Shown: positions 1-9,294 of the stretch, in pieces
How positions within the stretch are numbered: the stretch's first letter is position 1
How the letters are laid out: every line of letters begins with the position of its first letter
Assembly: GCA_963674745.2 (NCBI GenBank)
Contig: CAXXDV010000001.1
Span: 2,400,001 to 2,464,000 of the forward strand
Length of the DNA: 64,000 nucleotides
Source of the DNA: Desulfosudaceae bacterium
Lineage (GTDB): Bacteria; Desulfobacterota; Desulfobacteria; Desulfobacterales; Desulfosudaceae
Direction: 5' to 3'
The notes under the pieces: generated by a model
Told to the model about the DNA's origin: nothing
Seen by the model: only the letters and a program-made list of their open reading frames with translations
The model's database searches: none
Translations under genes and position numbers: made by a program

Positions 1-1
1 C

Positions 2-409
2 ACACAGCGGGTGGCCGTGGCCTGCGGCAGAATTGCCATGAATCGTGAAACGCTGGAAAATATCCGCAGCAGCAATGTCAAAAAGGGGAATGTACTGGAA
101 ACGGCAAGGATTGCTGGCGTTATGGCGGCGAAACGCGCCCCGGATCTGATTCCCATGTGTCATCCCATTAACATTACCCATGCTCAGGTCGATTTTTCGG
201 CGGACACAGAGAATACTTGCATTGAGATCCGTGCCGAGGTGCGGACAGTCGGTCAGACGGGAGTGGAAATCGAGGCCATAACCGCTGTTGCGATAGCTGC
301 TACCACGATTTATGATATGTGCAAATCCTATGACCGGCAGATGGTGATTTCAGACATCCGTCTGGTCAGAAAAGAGGGCGGTAAAAGCGGTTTGTTTGTA
401 GCTGAATAA
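2..409 (+). CDS. moaC: Cyclic pyranopterin monophosphate synthase MoaC (5'-partial, begins before window)
   Basis: KKGNVLETARIAGVMAAK, LIPMCHP, TGVEIEA, TIYDMCK and K-x-GGKSG motifs; frame open to window edge. Confidence 0.95.
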   Translation, partial: TQRVAVACGRIAMNRETLENIRSSNVKKGNVLETARIAGVMAAKRAPDLIPMCHPINITHAQVDFSADTENTCIEIRAEVRTVGQTGVEIEAITAVAIAATTIYDMCKSYDRQMVISDIRLVRKEGGKSGLFVAE

Positions 410-432
410 AAGGTTAGAAACAGGGGGTAGAT

Positions 433-795
433 ATGTTTGGTATCGGCATGCCGGAACTGATTCTCATTCTGGCGGTGGCGTTGATCGTTCTTGGGCCGAA
501 GCGATTGCCTGAAATCGCCCGATCACTTGGCAAGGCCATGCGGGAATTTAAAAACGCCACCAATGAACTAAAGAGCGCCGTCAATGTGGAAGATGATATC
601 AAAGATATTAAGCATACGATCAATGATGTAAAAAGCGACGTGTGGAACATGGCGGAATTGCAGGTGGATAAAATGGAAACGGTGACCCCTGAAAAAGAGA
701 GCAAAAACAGCCAGGAGAGCACGGAAGACATCCCGGTAGAACCGGGCAGCCCGGTTGACGGTAAAACGGCTGATGAGGAACCCAAGGATGAATGA
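433..795 (+). CDS. tatB: Twin-arginine translocase subunit TatB (TatA/B family)
   Basis: [28 protein letters not shown]-terminus; directly upstream of tatC. Confidence 0.85.
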   Translation: MFGIGMPELILILAVALIVLGPKRLPEIARSLGKAMREFKNATNELKSAVNVEDDIKDIKHTINDVKSDVWNMAELQVDKMETVTPEKESKNSQESTEDIPVEPGSPVDGKTADEEPKDE

Positions 796-1648
796 AGAGG
801 ACCGCCAACTTCCCCTGCTTGAACATCTGGAAGAGCTCCGCAAACGTCTGATCCGTTGCTTTATCGCCATTGGTGCGGGCTTCGGTATCGCGTACGGCTT
901 TAAGGAACAATTGTTTCAAATCCTGATTTATCCCCTTGTCCAGGTTATGGACACAAGCCGCGACAGCATGGTGTTCACCGGGTTGCCGGAAGCTTTTTTT
1001 ACTTATCTGAAAGTGTCTTTGCTGGCCGGCATTGTTGTCGCCCTGCCGGTGATATTCTATGAATTCTGGATGTTTGTCGCTCCGGGATTATACCGTAAAG
1101 AGCGGGTGGTGATTTTGCCGATTGTCATTATCTCCCTGTTTTTTTTTGCGGCCGGCGCGTTGTTTGCTTATTTTCTGGTATTCCCCTTTGGATTTAAATT
1201 CTTTCTGGGGTTTGCCTCGGAAACCATTCGTCCCCTGCCTTCAATGAAGGAATACCTCAGCTTTTCTTCCAAGATGCTGCTGGCCTTTGGTCTGGCCTTT
1301 GAGCTGCCGTTGGTACTTACCGGCATGGCCCGATTCGGACTGGTGGACGCCGCCTTTTTAAAGAAGAACCGGAAATATGCGCTGTTGCTTTTTTTTGTGG
1401 GCGCCGCGATCCTGACACCGCCGGATGTGGTCAGCCAGATCATGCTGGCCGTTCCCTTGATGGGCCTTTATGAACTGAGTATCGTGGGTGCCCGGGTATT
1501 CGGCCGCGATAAAATGTCGGCCGATGAAGCGGAAGAAAAACACAGCACAAAGAAACAGGAAAAAGAAAAGAAAAAGGCCGACAAACAACGGAAAAAAGAA
1601 GAGAAAAAACAGAAAAAGGCTCAAAAAAGGAATAAAAAGAGAGGCTGA
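788..1648 (+). CDS. tatC: Twin-arginine translocase subunit TatC with Lys-rich C-terminal tail
   Basis: [20 protein letters not shown] and LTPPD motifs; ATG at 788 overlaps the tatB end. Confidence 0.95.
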   Translation: MNEEDRQLPLLEHLEELRKRLIRCFIAIGAGFGIAYGFKEQLFQILIYPLVQVMDTSRDSMVFTGLPEAFFTYLKVSLLAGIVVALPVIFYEFWMFVAPGLYRKERVVILPIVIISLFFFAAGALFAYFLVFPFGFKFFLGFASETIRPLPSMKEYLSFSSKMLLAFGLAFELPLVLTGMARFGLVDAAFLKKNRKYALLLFFVGAAILTPPDVVSQIMLAVPLMGLYELSIVGARVFGRDKMSADEAEEKHSTKKQEKEKKKADKQRKKEEKKQKKAQKRNKKRG

Positions 1649-1774
1649 TTTTGTATTTTTATCATTGACAAAAAAACAGGAGAATTGTATTTTTTTTATT
1701 TGATGGTTTAATTGACAGGTTGATAGAAGGGAACTTCTGATAATAAAAATAATTTTTGAGGAGGAGTTGGCACA

Positions 1775-2257
1775 ATGAAAAAGGATATCAAACAAATATC
1801 AATGATGATTGGTTTTCCTGTATTACTGGCCCTGTTACTGGTCGGTCTGGCCGTGGCCGGGACTGAGTTTGCTGATGTGATTAAGATGCAAGACACGCAG
1901 GCCTATGATACCCATAAAAAGGGGATTGTCACATTTACCCATAAGAAACATCACGAGGAGTATAAAATTGCCTGTGGTGAGTGCCATCACGACAAAGACG
2001 CCAAACCCCTCGATCTTAAAATCGGGGACGATGTGCAACGCTGCCTGGAATGTCACCAGAAGGGCCAGGCCGACAAAGCCGCTCTCCGGGCCATGGCACC
2101 GGCTGACAAGAAAAAGGAAGAATTGAAGTATCACTACGGCGCCATTCACGAGAACTGCCAGGGCTGCCACGAAAAATTCAACACTGAAAAAGCGGGTGAC
2201 AAACGGAAAGGTCCGGCACCTGTTTCCTGTACCCAGTGCCATCCCAAGACCCAGTAG
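1775..2257 (+). CDS. Periplasmic tetraheme cytochrome c3 (class III)
   Basis: Signal peptide; VTFTHKKH; four CxxCH motifs (CGECH, CLECH, CQGCH, CTQCH); GAGGAG RBS. Confidence 0.92.
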   Translation: MKKDIKQISMMIGFPVLLALLLVGLAVAGTEFADVIKMQDTQAYDTHKKGIVTFTHKKHHEEYKIACGECHHDKDAKPLDLKIGDDVQRCLECHQKGQADKAALRAMAPADKKKEELKYHYGAIHENCQGCHEKFNTEKAGDKRKGPAPVSCTQCHPKTQ

Positions 2258-2279
2258 TTTTTTAAGAGATAAAGCATAC

Positions 2280-2317
2280 AAAAAGCAGGGTAGGCGAACG
2301 CCTATCCTGCTTTTTTG
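2280..2317. terminator. Intrinsic terminator, probably bidirectional
   Basis: AAAAAGCAGGGTAGGC-gaac-GCCTATCCTGCTTTTT hairpin with A and T tracts after the cytochrome c3 gene. Confidence 0.8.
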
Positions 2318-2489
2318 ATGGTGAAGCAAAGCGTTCAAATGCGGCCAAGCGGCCGGTTGCGGAGGACGGGCATCCTTCCAGAAAAAGGATTTAGCGTTTT
2401 AAAGTGTTAGGTTTTAGGTCCCTTTGCCGGCCAGTCATTCCAGACTTTCAGGCTGTGTCGTAATTTGTTATTTGGGGAAGCAGAACGGA

Positions 2490-2598
2490 AATGGGTGCCA
2501 CGGGCGAAGCGACAGCTTGCCCGTGTTTCCTGTAGTAGGGGCGACCGGCGGGTCGCCCTTATACACGGGCAACCTTCGGTTGGCCCGTGGCACCCATT
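2490..2598. repeat. Nested REP-like palindromic composite
   Basis: 16-bp outer IR AATGGGTGCCACGGGC/GCCCGTGGCACCCATT, inner IR TTGCCCGTGT/ACACGGGCAA, central GTAGGGGCGACC..GGTCGCCCT hairpin; related unit at 44664. Confidence 0.8.
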
Positions 2599-2622
2599 AA
2601 AGAAAAAACCCACTGTCCGGGG

Positions 2623-4029
2623 TTATTTTTTTGTCTGCCGGTAGGCCTGCGCGACGTTGACCATGGCCGGTGCCCAGGACGGGGTGCCCAGGGCGTGTAA
2701 GTGGGTGTATGCGGCCAGAACATTGCGGCTGCAAAGCCCGTCTCGTTTATTCTCAAACCCTTTACCCCGGACGGTCGAAAAGACCAGATCCGCGTCTTTC
2801 CCCCCCCAGGTCAGGATTTTAGAGTAGCGGAATTCATGGCCTTTTAATTCGGTCCCGATTTCAAAAAAAGGGTTGTCACTGTCAACCGTTGATATGGTAT
2901 ATCCGTGTCCGACCGGTTTCTCAGAGATGCCGAAGGAAACCGGGAAAATATCACACATGGGGTAGGCCGTATTGTCCATGATGATCTCTTTTCCAAGATA
3001 GATCAGGCCGCCGCATTCGGCATAAACAGGCAGGTATTGTTTCGCCAGTTGTGCGAGTTGCTGCCGGAAACCCTGATTGTCCGATAATTGACGGGCGTGG
3101 GTTTCCGGAAACCCGCCGCCGAGATAAAGGCCGTCAATATCATCCGGCAGTGTCGCGTCTTTTACAGGACTGACAAAAACCAGGTCCGCGCCGGCGGTTT
3201 CAAGGGCCTCCAGGTTATCAGGATAATAAAACTGGAAGGCCGAATCCCGGGCAACCGCAATCTTCGGACGGTTGCTGCCGGAATTAGCGGATATTGGCGG
3301 AAGAACAGTGTCCGGTGCGGTCCTTTCGGTTGCCCGGTTTGCTATATCCATTACGGCCTCAAGATCAATGTGCCGTTCGGCTATCTGCGCCGCGGCCGTA
3401 ATTGCCTCGTGGGCCCATCCATGTTCCGGGGTCGGTACCAGGCCCATATGACGTTCCGGAAAGTCACCGGCCGTCAGCTTGGGGATGGAACCAACGACCG
3501 GAATCCCGCAGTAATGCTCGATGGATTGACGCAGGATGGTCTCGTGGCGTTTGCCAGCGACACGATTTAATACGATCCCGCCAATGTTAATGCGTTGATC
3601 AAACGCCATGCAACCGCTGACAACCGCCGCGCAGGTGCGGGTGGTCTTGGTGCAGTCCAGACAAAGAATAACCGGCGCGCCCAGTGTGTGGGCGATATCG
3701 GCGGTGCTGGTTTTCCCCTCGATGTCGATACCGTCAAAAAGTCCACGGTTGCCTTCAATGACAGCAATATCGCAGATCCGCGTGTGATTAAAAAAAGAGG
3801 CGAGCAGAGGCTCGGTGGGGATGAAAAAGGTGTCGAGGTTGTAACAGGGAACGCCGGCCGCCAGAGAAAGCCAGCCGGCGTCAATATAGTCCGGCCCCTT
3901 TTTGAAAGGGGCGACTTGTTTTCTTTGATTCCGCAATGCCGCGGTTATACCAATGGCGACCGTACTCTTCCCTGCGCCGCCCCTTAAAGCTGAAACAATC
4001 AGCCGGGGGCAGGTGATATGCTCGTGCAT
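2623..4029 (-). CDS. dsrN: DsrN/CobB siroheme (cobyrinate) a,c-diamide synthase
   Basis: GKSTV P-loop, FKKGPDYID, ERHMGL, LGGGFPE, AECGG, GHEF; follows dsrABD. Confidence 0.9.
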   Translation of the reverse strand: MHEHITCPRLIVSALRGGAGKSTVAIGITAALRNQRKQVAPFKKGPDYIDAGWLSLAAGVPCYNLDTFFIPTEPLLASFFNHTRICDIAVIEGNRGLFDGIDIEGKTSTADIAHTLGAPVILCLDCTKTTRTCAAVVSGCMAFDQRINIGGIVLNRVAGKRHETILRQSIEHYCGIPVVGSIPKLTAGDFPERHMGLVPTPEHGWAHEAITAAAQIAERHIDLEAVMDIANRATERTAPDTVLPPISANSGSNRPKIAVARDSAFQFYYPDNLEALETAGADLVFVSPVKDATLPDDIDGLYLGGGFPETHARQLSDNQGFRQQLAQLAKQYLPVYAECGGLIYLGKEIIMDNTAYPMCDIFPVSFGISEKPVGHGYTISTVDSDNPFFEIGTELKGHEFRYSKILTWGGKDADLVFSTVRGKGFENKRDGLCSRNVLAAYTHLHALGTPSWAPAMVNVAQAYRQTKK

Positions 4030-4054
4030 TGGAAACTTTCAGCCACAAAGGGCT

Positions 4055-4100
4055 GATGGCTTCGTAAAAAGTTAACTTTTTACGTTGCCATCCAAATGTT
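4055..4100. repeat. Minimal palindromic copy of the GATGGCTTCGTAAAAAG repeat family
   Basis: GATGGCTTCGTAAAAAGTTAACTTTTTACGTTGCCATC; same ends as the element at 10341-10491. Confidence 0.75.
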
Positions 4101-4114
4101 TATTTGCGACAGGT

Positions 4115-4354
4115 TTAGTCTTCGTGCTCGGCGGCCGCCTGTTTGCCGGTTCCCGCCAGTCCGTACATGGTGGTGCTGCCGCTTGACCAGTATTCGAGAA
4201 CGCCTTCTTCAACGGCTTTATTGACATATTTTTTGGCTTCCCGCGGTTTCATGTCCAGCATCTTCTGAAGGTCGGAAAAGTAAAACTTTGATTTTACTTT
4301 CTGCTTTTTCATTAATTCATCAGTCAAGATTTTGTTGGCTTCTGCTTGCTCCAT
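4115..4354 (-). CDS. dsrD: Dissimilatory sulfite reductase protein DsrD
   Basis: KSKFYFSD and LEYWSSGSTTMYGL motifs; AAGGAG RBS 7 nt before ATG at 4354. Confidence 0.95.
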   Translation of the reverse strand: MEQAEANKILTDELMKKQKVKSKFYFSDLQKMLDMKPREAKKYVNKAVEEGVLEYWSSGSTTMYGLAGTGKQAAAEHED

Positions 4355-4367
4355 TGTCAAGCTCCTT

Positions 4368-4416
4368 AAAAAAAGCGGACGGGGAACAGGCGAAAGCCTG
4401 TCCCCCTTTTCTCCGC
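4368..4416 (-). terminator. Terminator-like hairpin between dsrB and dsrD
   Basis: GGGGACAGGC-TTTC-GCCTGTTCCCC stem inside a GCGGA/TCCGC outer stem, then T7 abutting the dsrD RBS. Confidence 0.6.
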
Positions 4417-4426
4417 AGGTTAGTAT

Positions 4427-5587
4427 TTATTTGATGGCGTTGGTGAACTTGAACTGGCTGGTTTGTCTCCAAGTATAGTACGCCGGATCACGGAAGTCAT
4501 CAATCAGGTGATGGCTAAATTCCAGATCACATTTCTCGAAGAATTTTTCCCAGCCGATTCTTTCGGCCCATTCACCAAGACGTTCGTATTTACGGGCGTC
4601 CTTGGCATAAACCTCGACAATGCGCTTGATACAGTCGGTCAGTTCCGGCCAACGGGGCACATTGTTGGGCAGAAAAGCCACGGCCACCTTGGAAAACATG
4701 GGCGGGCTGACCCGGTTGGATACCTTACCACCAACCATGACCACCACGCCGTCGCCTTCTTCATCTGCCAGCGGCATGGCCGGGCACATGGTGTAGCAGT
4801 TACCGCAGTACATGCAGCGATCAGCGTTGACCTCGACGCTCTTTACTTCCGTGCCGTCGACGTCGACCTTTTTGGGCTTGATGGCCGCGGTCGGGCAGGC
4901 GGCAACCGCCAGCGGAATTTCGCACATTTTATCCATGTACTCATGCTCCACGACCGGCGGTTTACGGTGATAACCCACAAAAGAGATATCCGAGCAGTGA
5001 ACCGCGCCGCACATGTTCAGGCAACAGGCCATGGAAACCCGGACATGGGCCGGCAGGGTCATGCTCTGGAAATACTCGAACAGTTCATCCATGCAGGCCT
5101 TGACCGGACCGGAAGCGTCGGTCGCCGGGGTATGACAGTGAATCCAGCCCTGGGTGTGAATAATATTGGTAATACCGGCACCGGTACCGCCGACCGGAAA
5201 TTTCAGGCTGCCGCCGTCAAATTTTCTTTCGGCCAGGTCTTTTACCAGTGCTTCCATTTTTTCTTTGCTGTCGGTCATAAATTCCACGTTGTTTCGCGTG
5301 GTCCAACGCACATAACCGTCGCAGTATTTATCCGCGATATCACAAATTTCACGGATGTGGGTAACGCTCATCAGGCGGCAACCGCCGGCTCTGACGGTGT
5401 AGACCTTGTCACCGGACTCGGCCACATGGACCAGGACGCCGGGTTCCAGGATTTGATGATACTCCCACTTGCCCTTGTTTTTCGCAATGACAGGTGGATA
5501 AAAGTCTGCAAAGTTTTTCGGGCCGATATCGGTAATTCGATTTTCCATCGGCTTGTCTGGGTTGTATCCAGAAGATATAAAAGCCAT
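4427..5587 (-). CDS. dsrB: Dissimilatory sulfite reductase beta subunit
   Basis: [10 protein letters not shown] start, [37 protein letters not shown]. Confidence 0.99.
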   Translation of the reverse strand: MAFISSGYNPDKPMENRITDIGPKNFADFYPPVIAKNKGKWEYHQILEPGVLVHVAESGDKVYTVRAGGCRLMSVTHIREICDIADKYCDGYVRWTTRNNVEFMTDSKEKMEALVKDLAERKFDGGSLKFPVGGTGAGITNIIHTQGWIHCHTPATDASGPVKACMDELFEYFQSMTLPAHVRVSMACCLNMCGAVHCSDISFVGYHRKPPVVEHEYMDKMCEIPLAVAACPTAAIKPKKVDVDGTEVKSVEVNADRCMYCGNCYTMCPAMPLADEEGDGVVVMVGGKVSNRVSPPMFSKVAVAFLPNNVPRWPELTDCIKRIVEVYAKDARKYERLGEWAERIGWEKFFEKCDLEFSHHLIDDFRDPAYYTWRQTSQFKFTNAIK

Positions 5588-5599
5588 AATTCTTCCCCC

Positions 5600-6919
5600 T
5601 TATCGTTTGTGTCGCTCTCTGTAGAGTTTAATGTCTTTGTCAAAACCGCCCGGAACCTCGTCTTCTTTCCAGAAGATGTACGGGTTGGTCCTTGGTTCCT
5701 GAACATGCTGCGGCATGGCCGGGATGTTTGTCGCTTCCAGCAGCTTCTGGAAGCCCTGGCGTTTCATCAGTTCGCCCAGCCGTTCGCGGTTTTTGCCTTC
5801 TTCCATCCACCAGTCCCAGATCGCTTCGATGACTTCTTTGATCTCATCGTAGGGTTCTTCAACCTTGACAAAGGGGACAAGCAGGGAACCCATCTGGGCA
5901 CCGTCGAGAATCGGCGCCTTGGCACCGGCCAGAATGGACAGACCTTTTTCCTTGCCGGGTTTCAAGGCTCTGGGCATGACATTGATGCAGTGCATACAGC
6001 GGGTGCAGTTGCTGTTGTCGATTTCCAGTGTGCCGTTTTCATACTTCATGCATTCGGTGGGGCAGATATCGATGACTTCTTTCTGAATATCAAAAGGACC
6101 CCAGTCGCCGCCGGCATGAGAGCCGCCGTTGGCCGGAAATTCGGGATCGCCGTCGACATAAGCTTTGACTGCGGCCTGGTCGATCTGGATGTCGTCTCTC
6201 CAGGTACCGATAAAGGAAAGGTCGGCCCGGGCGATGGAGGCCACACAGCAGTTGGGGCATCCGTCAAATTTGAATTTGAATTTATAGGGGAAAGCCGGGC
6301 GGTGAAGCTCGTCCTGGTATTCCATGGTCAGGTGCGTGCACAGTGCCTGGGTGTCGTAACAGGCGTACTCACAGCGGGCCTGGCCGATACAGTCGGCCGG
6401 TGTCCTCAGGTTGGAGCCGGAGCCGCCCAGATCCTGTTCGAAGTTGTGGGTCAGTTCAAAAAAGATTTCTTCCAGCTGAGGCGTGGTGGTGCCCAGGAAG
6501 ATGATGTCGCCGGTGGAGCCGTGCATGTTGGTAACGCCGCTGCCGCGGAATTCCCACAGATCGCAAAGCTTTCGCAGGTAGTCAGCCGTGTAAAAATGTC
6601 CTGACGGCTGGTTGACCCGCATGGTGTGGAAATGGGCCACGCCCGGAAACATTTCCGGCTGATCACAGTACCGGCCGATAACGCCGCCGCCGTAACCGAA
6701 TACGCCCACGATGCCGCCGTGTTTCCAGTGAGTTTCCTTGTCCTTGTAGGAAAGTTCAAGAACGCCCAGCAGGTCATCGACCGCATCAACAGGGACCTGA
6801 AACTCGACATTGTTTTCGTTTTTCGCTCTTGACTCTGCCTCCTGCTTCAGGTCGGACACAAAGCTCGGCCATGGTCCGGACTCAAGCTCATCCAGCATAG
6901 GAGTCTGGTGTTTTGCCAT
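5600..6919 (-). CDS. dsrA: Dissimilatory sulfite reductase alpha subunit
   Basis: THWKHGGIVGVFGYGGGVIGRY, CIGQARC, FPYKFKFKFDGCPNCC, CTRCMHCIN. Confidence 0.99.
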   Translation of the reverse strand: MAKHQTPMLDELESGPWPSFVSDLKQEAESRAKNENNVEFQVPVDAVDDLLGVLELSYKDKETHWKHGGIVGVFGYGGGVIGRYCDQPEMFPGVAHFHTMRVNQPSGHFYTADYLRKLCDLWEFRGSGVTNMHGSTGDIIFLGTTTPQLEEIFFELTHNFEQDLGGSGSNLRTPADCIGQARCEYACYDTQALCTHLTMEYQDELHRPAFPYKFKFKFDGCPNCCVASIARADLSFIGTWRDDIQIDQAAVKAYVDGDPEFPANGGSHAGGDWGPFDIQKEVIDICPTECMKYENGTLEIDNSNCTRCMHCINVMPRALKPGKEKGLSILAGAKAPILDGAQMGSLLVPFVKVEEPYDEIKEVIEAIWDWWMEEGKNRERLGELMKRQGFQKLLEATNIPAMPQHVQEPRTNPYIFWKEDEVPGGFDKDIKLYRERHKR

Positions 6920-7061
6920 TGTTTACCTCCATTTAAGAATAATAATTACATTTTGCCACTTGCGGCAATTAAAAGAAAATCTGCCGACTATACGCTATTC
7001 AAAATATATAAACTCCGGAATCTTATTGCTATTCGGGAGAGGTTAAGATTCTTATTTTAAA

Positions 7062-7676
7062 TCATGACTTTTTGTTAATTTCGTCCTTTATTTCAGGCGC
7101 GACCGCGTAACCCATGGATTCCGCCTGCTCGCAATGTTCACGCGCTTTGGCCGGATCGCCTTTTTGCAGATAGGCGATGGCCAGGTTGTTGTGGGCGACC
7201 GCGAAAGTGGGTGCCATTTCAAGCACCTTCTGGTTGACCTCAATACTTTTATCGATCATCCCCTTCATCAGGTAGGCATTACCCAGGTTGGTGTGGGCCT
7301 GCAGGAATTTGGGGTTGAAATTGACGGCTTTTTCCAGGGCCGTGATGGCTTTGTCGATATCGCCCTGTTGAAGATGGATAAATCCGATATTGCCGTAGCC
7401 TTCCGCAAACCTGGGACGAACCTGGGTGGCCTGCTGGTTGCATTTGAGACAACCCTCCAGATCATTACGCTGCAGACAGATGCCGCCCATCAGGACATAG
7501 GCTTCGGCCAGGGTGGGGCTGCATCCGACAGCCTGTCGCAATTGTGCTTCGGCCTCGTCGAATTTGTTCTGCGCCATCAGGGCGACGGCATAATTATATC
7601 GGCTCATGCCGCATTCGGGGTTGGCCGCAATTTGTTTTTCATACGTCTGTAAGTAGTCCTGCGGGTCTTGTGTCAT
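7062..7676 (-). CDS. Tetratricopeptide repeat protein
   Basis: About five 34-aa TPR units (AEAYVLMG, AEGYGNIG, QAHTNLG, AVAHNNLA). Confidence 0.9.
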   Translation of the reverse strand: MTQDPQDYLQTYEKQIAANPECGMSRYNYAVALMAQNKFDEAEAQLRQAVGCSPTLAEAYVLMGGICLQRNDLEGCLKCNQQATQVRPRFAEGYGNIGFIHLQQGDIDKAITALEKAVNFNPKFLQAHTNLGNAYLMKGMIDKSIEVNQKVLEMAPTFAVAHNNLAIAYLQKGDPAKAREHCEQAESMGYAVAPEIKDEINKKS

Positions 7677-7745
7677 TTTTATATTATCATTTCAATTTAT
7701 TAGAGCATTTAGCAAAAAAAATTACGCACGGTTAATAAAATCGAT

Positions 7746-7776
7746 ATTATAGCTTGAAAGTGACCAATATTGTCAA
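7746..7776 (-). promoter_or_regulatory. Candidate sigma-70 promoter upstream of the TPR gene
   Basis: TTGACA-N19-TATAAT on the minus strand; near-palindrome TGACAATATTGGTCA over the -35. Confidence 0.45.
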
Positions 7777-7815
7777 GGAAAATTTTAAACTAATAAAGTA
7801 TGGATTATTATAAGT

Positions 7816-9129
7816 TCAGCCTGGAAAGAATGTTTTCATTACGTTTTTAAAATTTTCGCCTTTCCAGGCTGTTATGGGACTTGTTTTGGGGTTGGACAGG
7901 ATATCCGGGGGCAGGTAGTGTAAAAAATCCGAAATTCCGGGAATAATCACTCTGACAACGGGGAATTGAATGATCGGGTGCGTCAGGTCGATCAGGATAC
8001 AGTCGGTTGACAGGGCTTTGGCGATCTGTTTCAGCCCCGCGATTTCTTCTGCAATATCTTTTTTTTGCCAGCGGGGAAAACGAACGGTCTCCCCCTGGTG
8101 TAAAAACGAGATGTCTTTGGGTGAGACGCCGCACTTCATCAGTGAATAATAATCTTTGACCTGGCGGGCGGGAATGACCGGCCGGTCGAAGGCCTTTCGC
8201 GGCGCGGTCAGGGCCTTTTTGCCCTGGATGCCTTCAGTAAAACACCGGGTCAGGGCTTCTTCCGGGTTAAATGAAGCACCGGCGATCAGCGTGTTGTATT
8301 CCATGCTGTCCGGTGCCAGGTTGCGGTTGGTGAACAACACCCCGACCACCGGCAGGGTGCCTTTGCCGGAAAGATCTTTGATGGTTACCTGGACGTTGGC
8401 ACGGTTGTAGAAATCGATCATTTCCCGGATCAACGGCATGTCGATGCTGTCCGGATCGATGGTGGGGACAATGGTTTCGTTTTTGACGATATCAATCTGA
8501 GCATGACGTTCCAGCACTTCGGCGCTGGCCTGGAGCATGGCTTCTTCGATGGTATTACCGGCGGCAACACCGTTGGAACCGTGAATGTAAGCCGCGAATT
8601 TGATCGGCACCTTGATGGCTTTGTCCTGGAGAAGGGAGTACCCATCCACCCAGTGGCCGGCCATTTCGCAGTTTTTGATATCATCAATCGTTTTTTGTGT
8701 CAGCTGTTGTTGTCTTTCCAGCAGCGTTTCAATGGTCAGCGCGGGGTCAATTTTATCCTGCCGGTCGTTGATATAACCGGGCAGCCAGGTGTAGTTCAGA
8801 AAATCGTTGGTGCGTTTGCCGTATATGGCCGGCAGGTGAAACCGGACCTGCTCTTCAAAAACCGGGTAATAGAGCCCGGCACTGAACCGTTCGGCCAGTT
8901 CGGCATGAGCGCTGGCCTCAGCCAGTCGGGCTGAAATCCCTTTACCCTCACAGATAATTTTCAGTTCCTCGATCCATATCCGACCCCAGAAAAGATTGTC
9001 CGTAACCGTGACCGGTGCCCACGTCGGCTGGAAACCAATGGTTTTAAAGCCGGATTTAATCCGTTCCAGGGTGTTGTCAGGTGTATCGCATTTGTTGAAC
9101 GCGTTTCTGACGGCATTTTTAAATTTCAT
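7816..9129 (-). CDS. YcaO-family ATP-dependent peptide backbone-modifying enzyme (stand-alone)
   Basis: GKG, SAHAELAER, SNGVAAG, EVLERHA, FTEGIQ and PVVRVIIPG motifs. Confidence 0.88.
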   Translation of the reverse strand: MKFKNAVRNAFNKCDTPDNTLERIKSGFKTIGFQPTWAPVTVTDNLFWGRIWIEELKIICEGKGISARLAEASAHAELAERFSAGLYYPVFEEQVRFHLPAIYGKRTNDFLNYTWLPGYINDRQDKIDPALTIETLLERQQQLTQKTIDDIKNCEMAGHWVDGYSLLQDKAIKVPIKFAAYIHGSNGVAAGNTIEEAMLQASAEVLERHAQIDIVKNETIVPTIDPDSIDMPLIREMIDFYNRANVQVTIKDLSGKGTLPVVGVLFTNRNLAPDSMEYNTLIAGASFNPEEALTRCFTEGIQGKKALTAPRKAFDRPVIPARQVKDYYSLMKCGVSPKDISFLHQGETVRFPRWQKKDIAEEIAGLKQIAKALSTDCILIDLTHPIIQFPVVRVIIPGISDFLHYLPPDILSNPKTSPITAWKGENFKNVMKTFFPG

Positions 9130-9294
9130 ATGTCGTGCTTTTTGGCTTATGTTTTTTGAATCCGGCTGTTGTGCTTGTTATCCTAAAATGGATCAATTAA
9201 CAATCTTTATGGTGCGGATTTTTGGTTGTTATTCCAAGTCAGGTATGGTAACACCAGAAAATCTCTCAAGACAATGTTTTTCTGGAGGATAATT

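Noticed and set aside
4463..6604. 713-aa plus-strand ORF antisense to dsrAB
   Set aside because: Shadow ORF produced by codon bias of strongly conserved genes; no recognisable motif.
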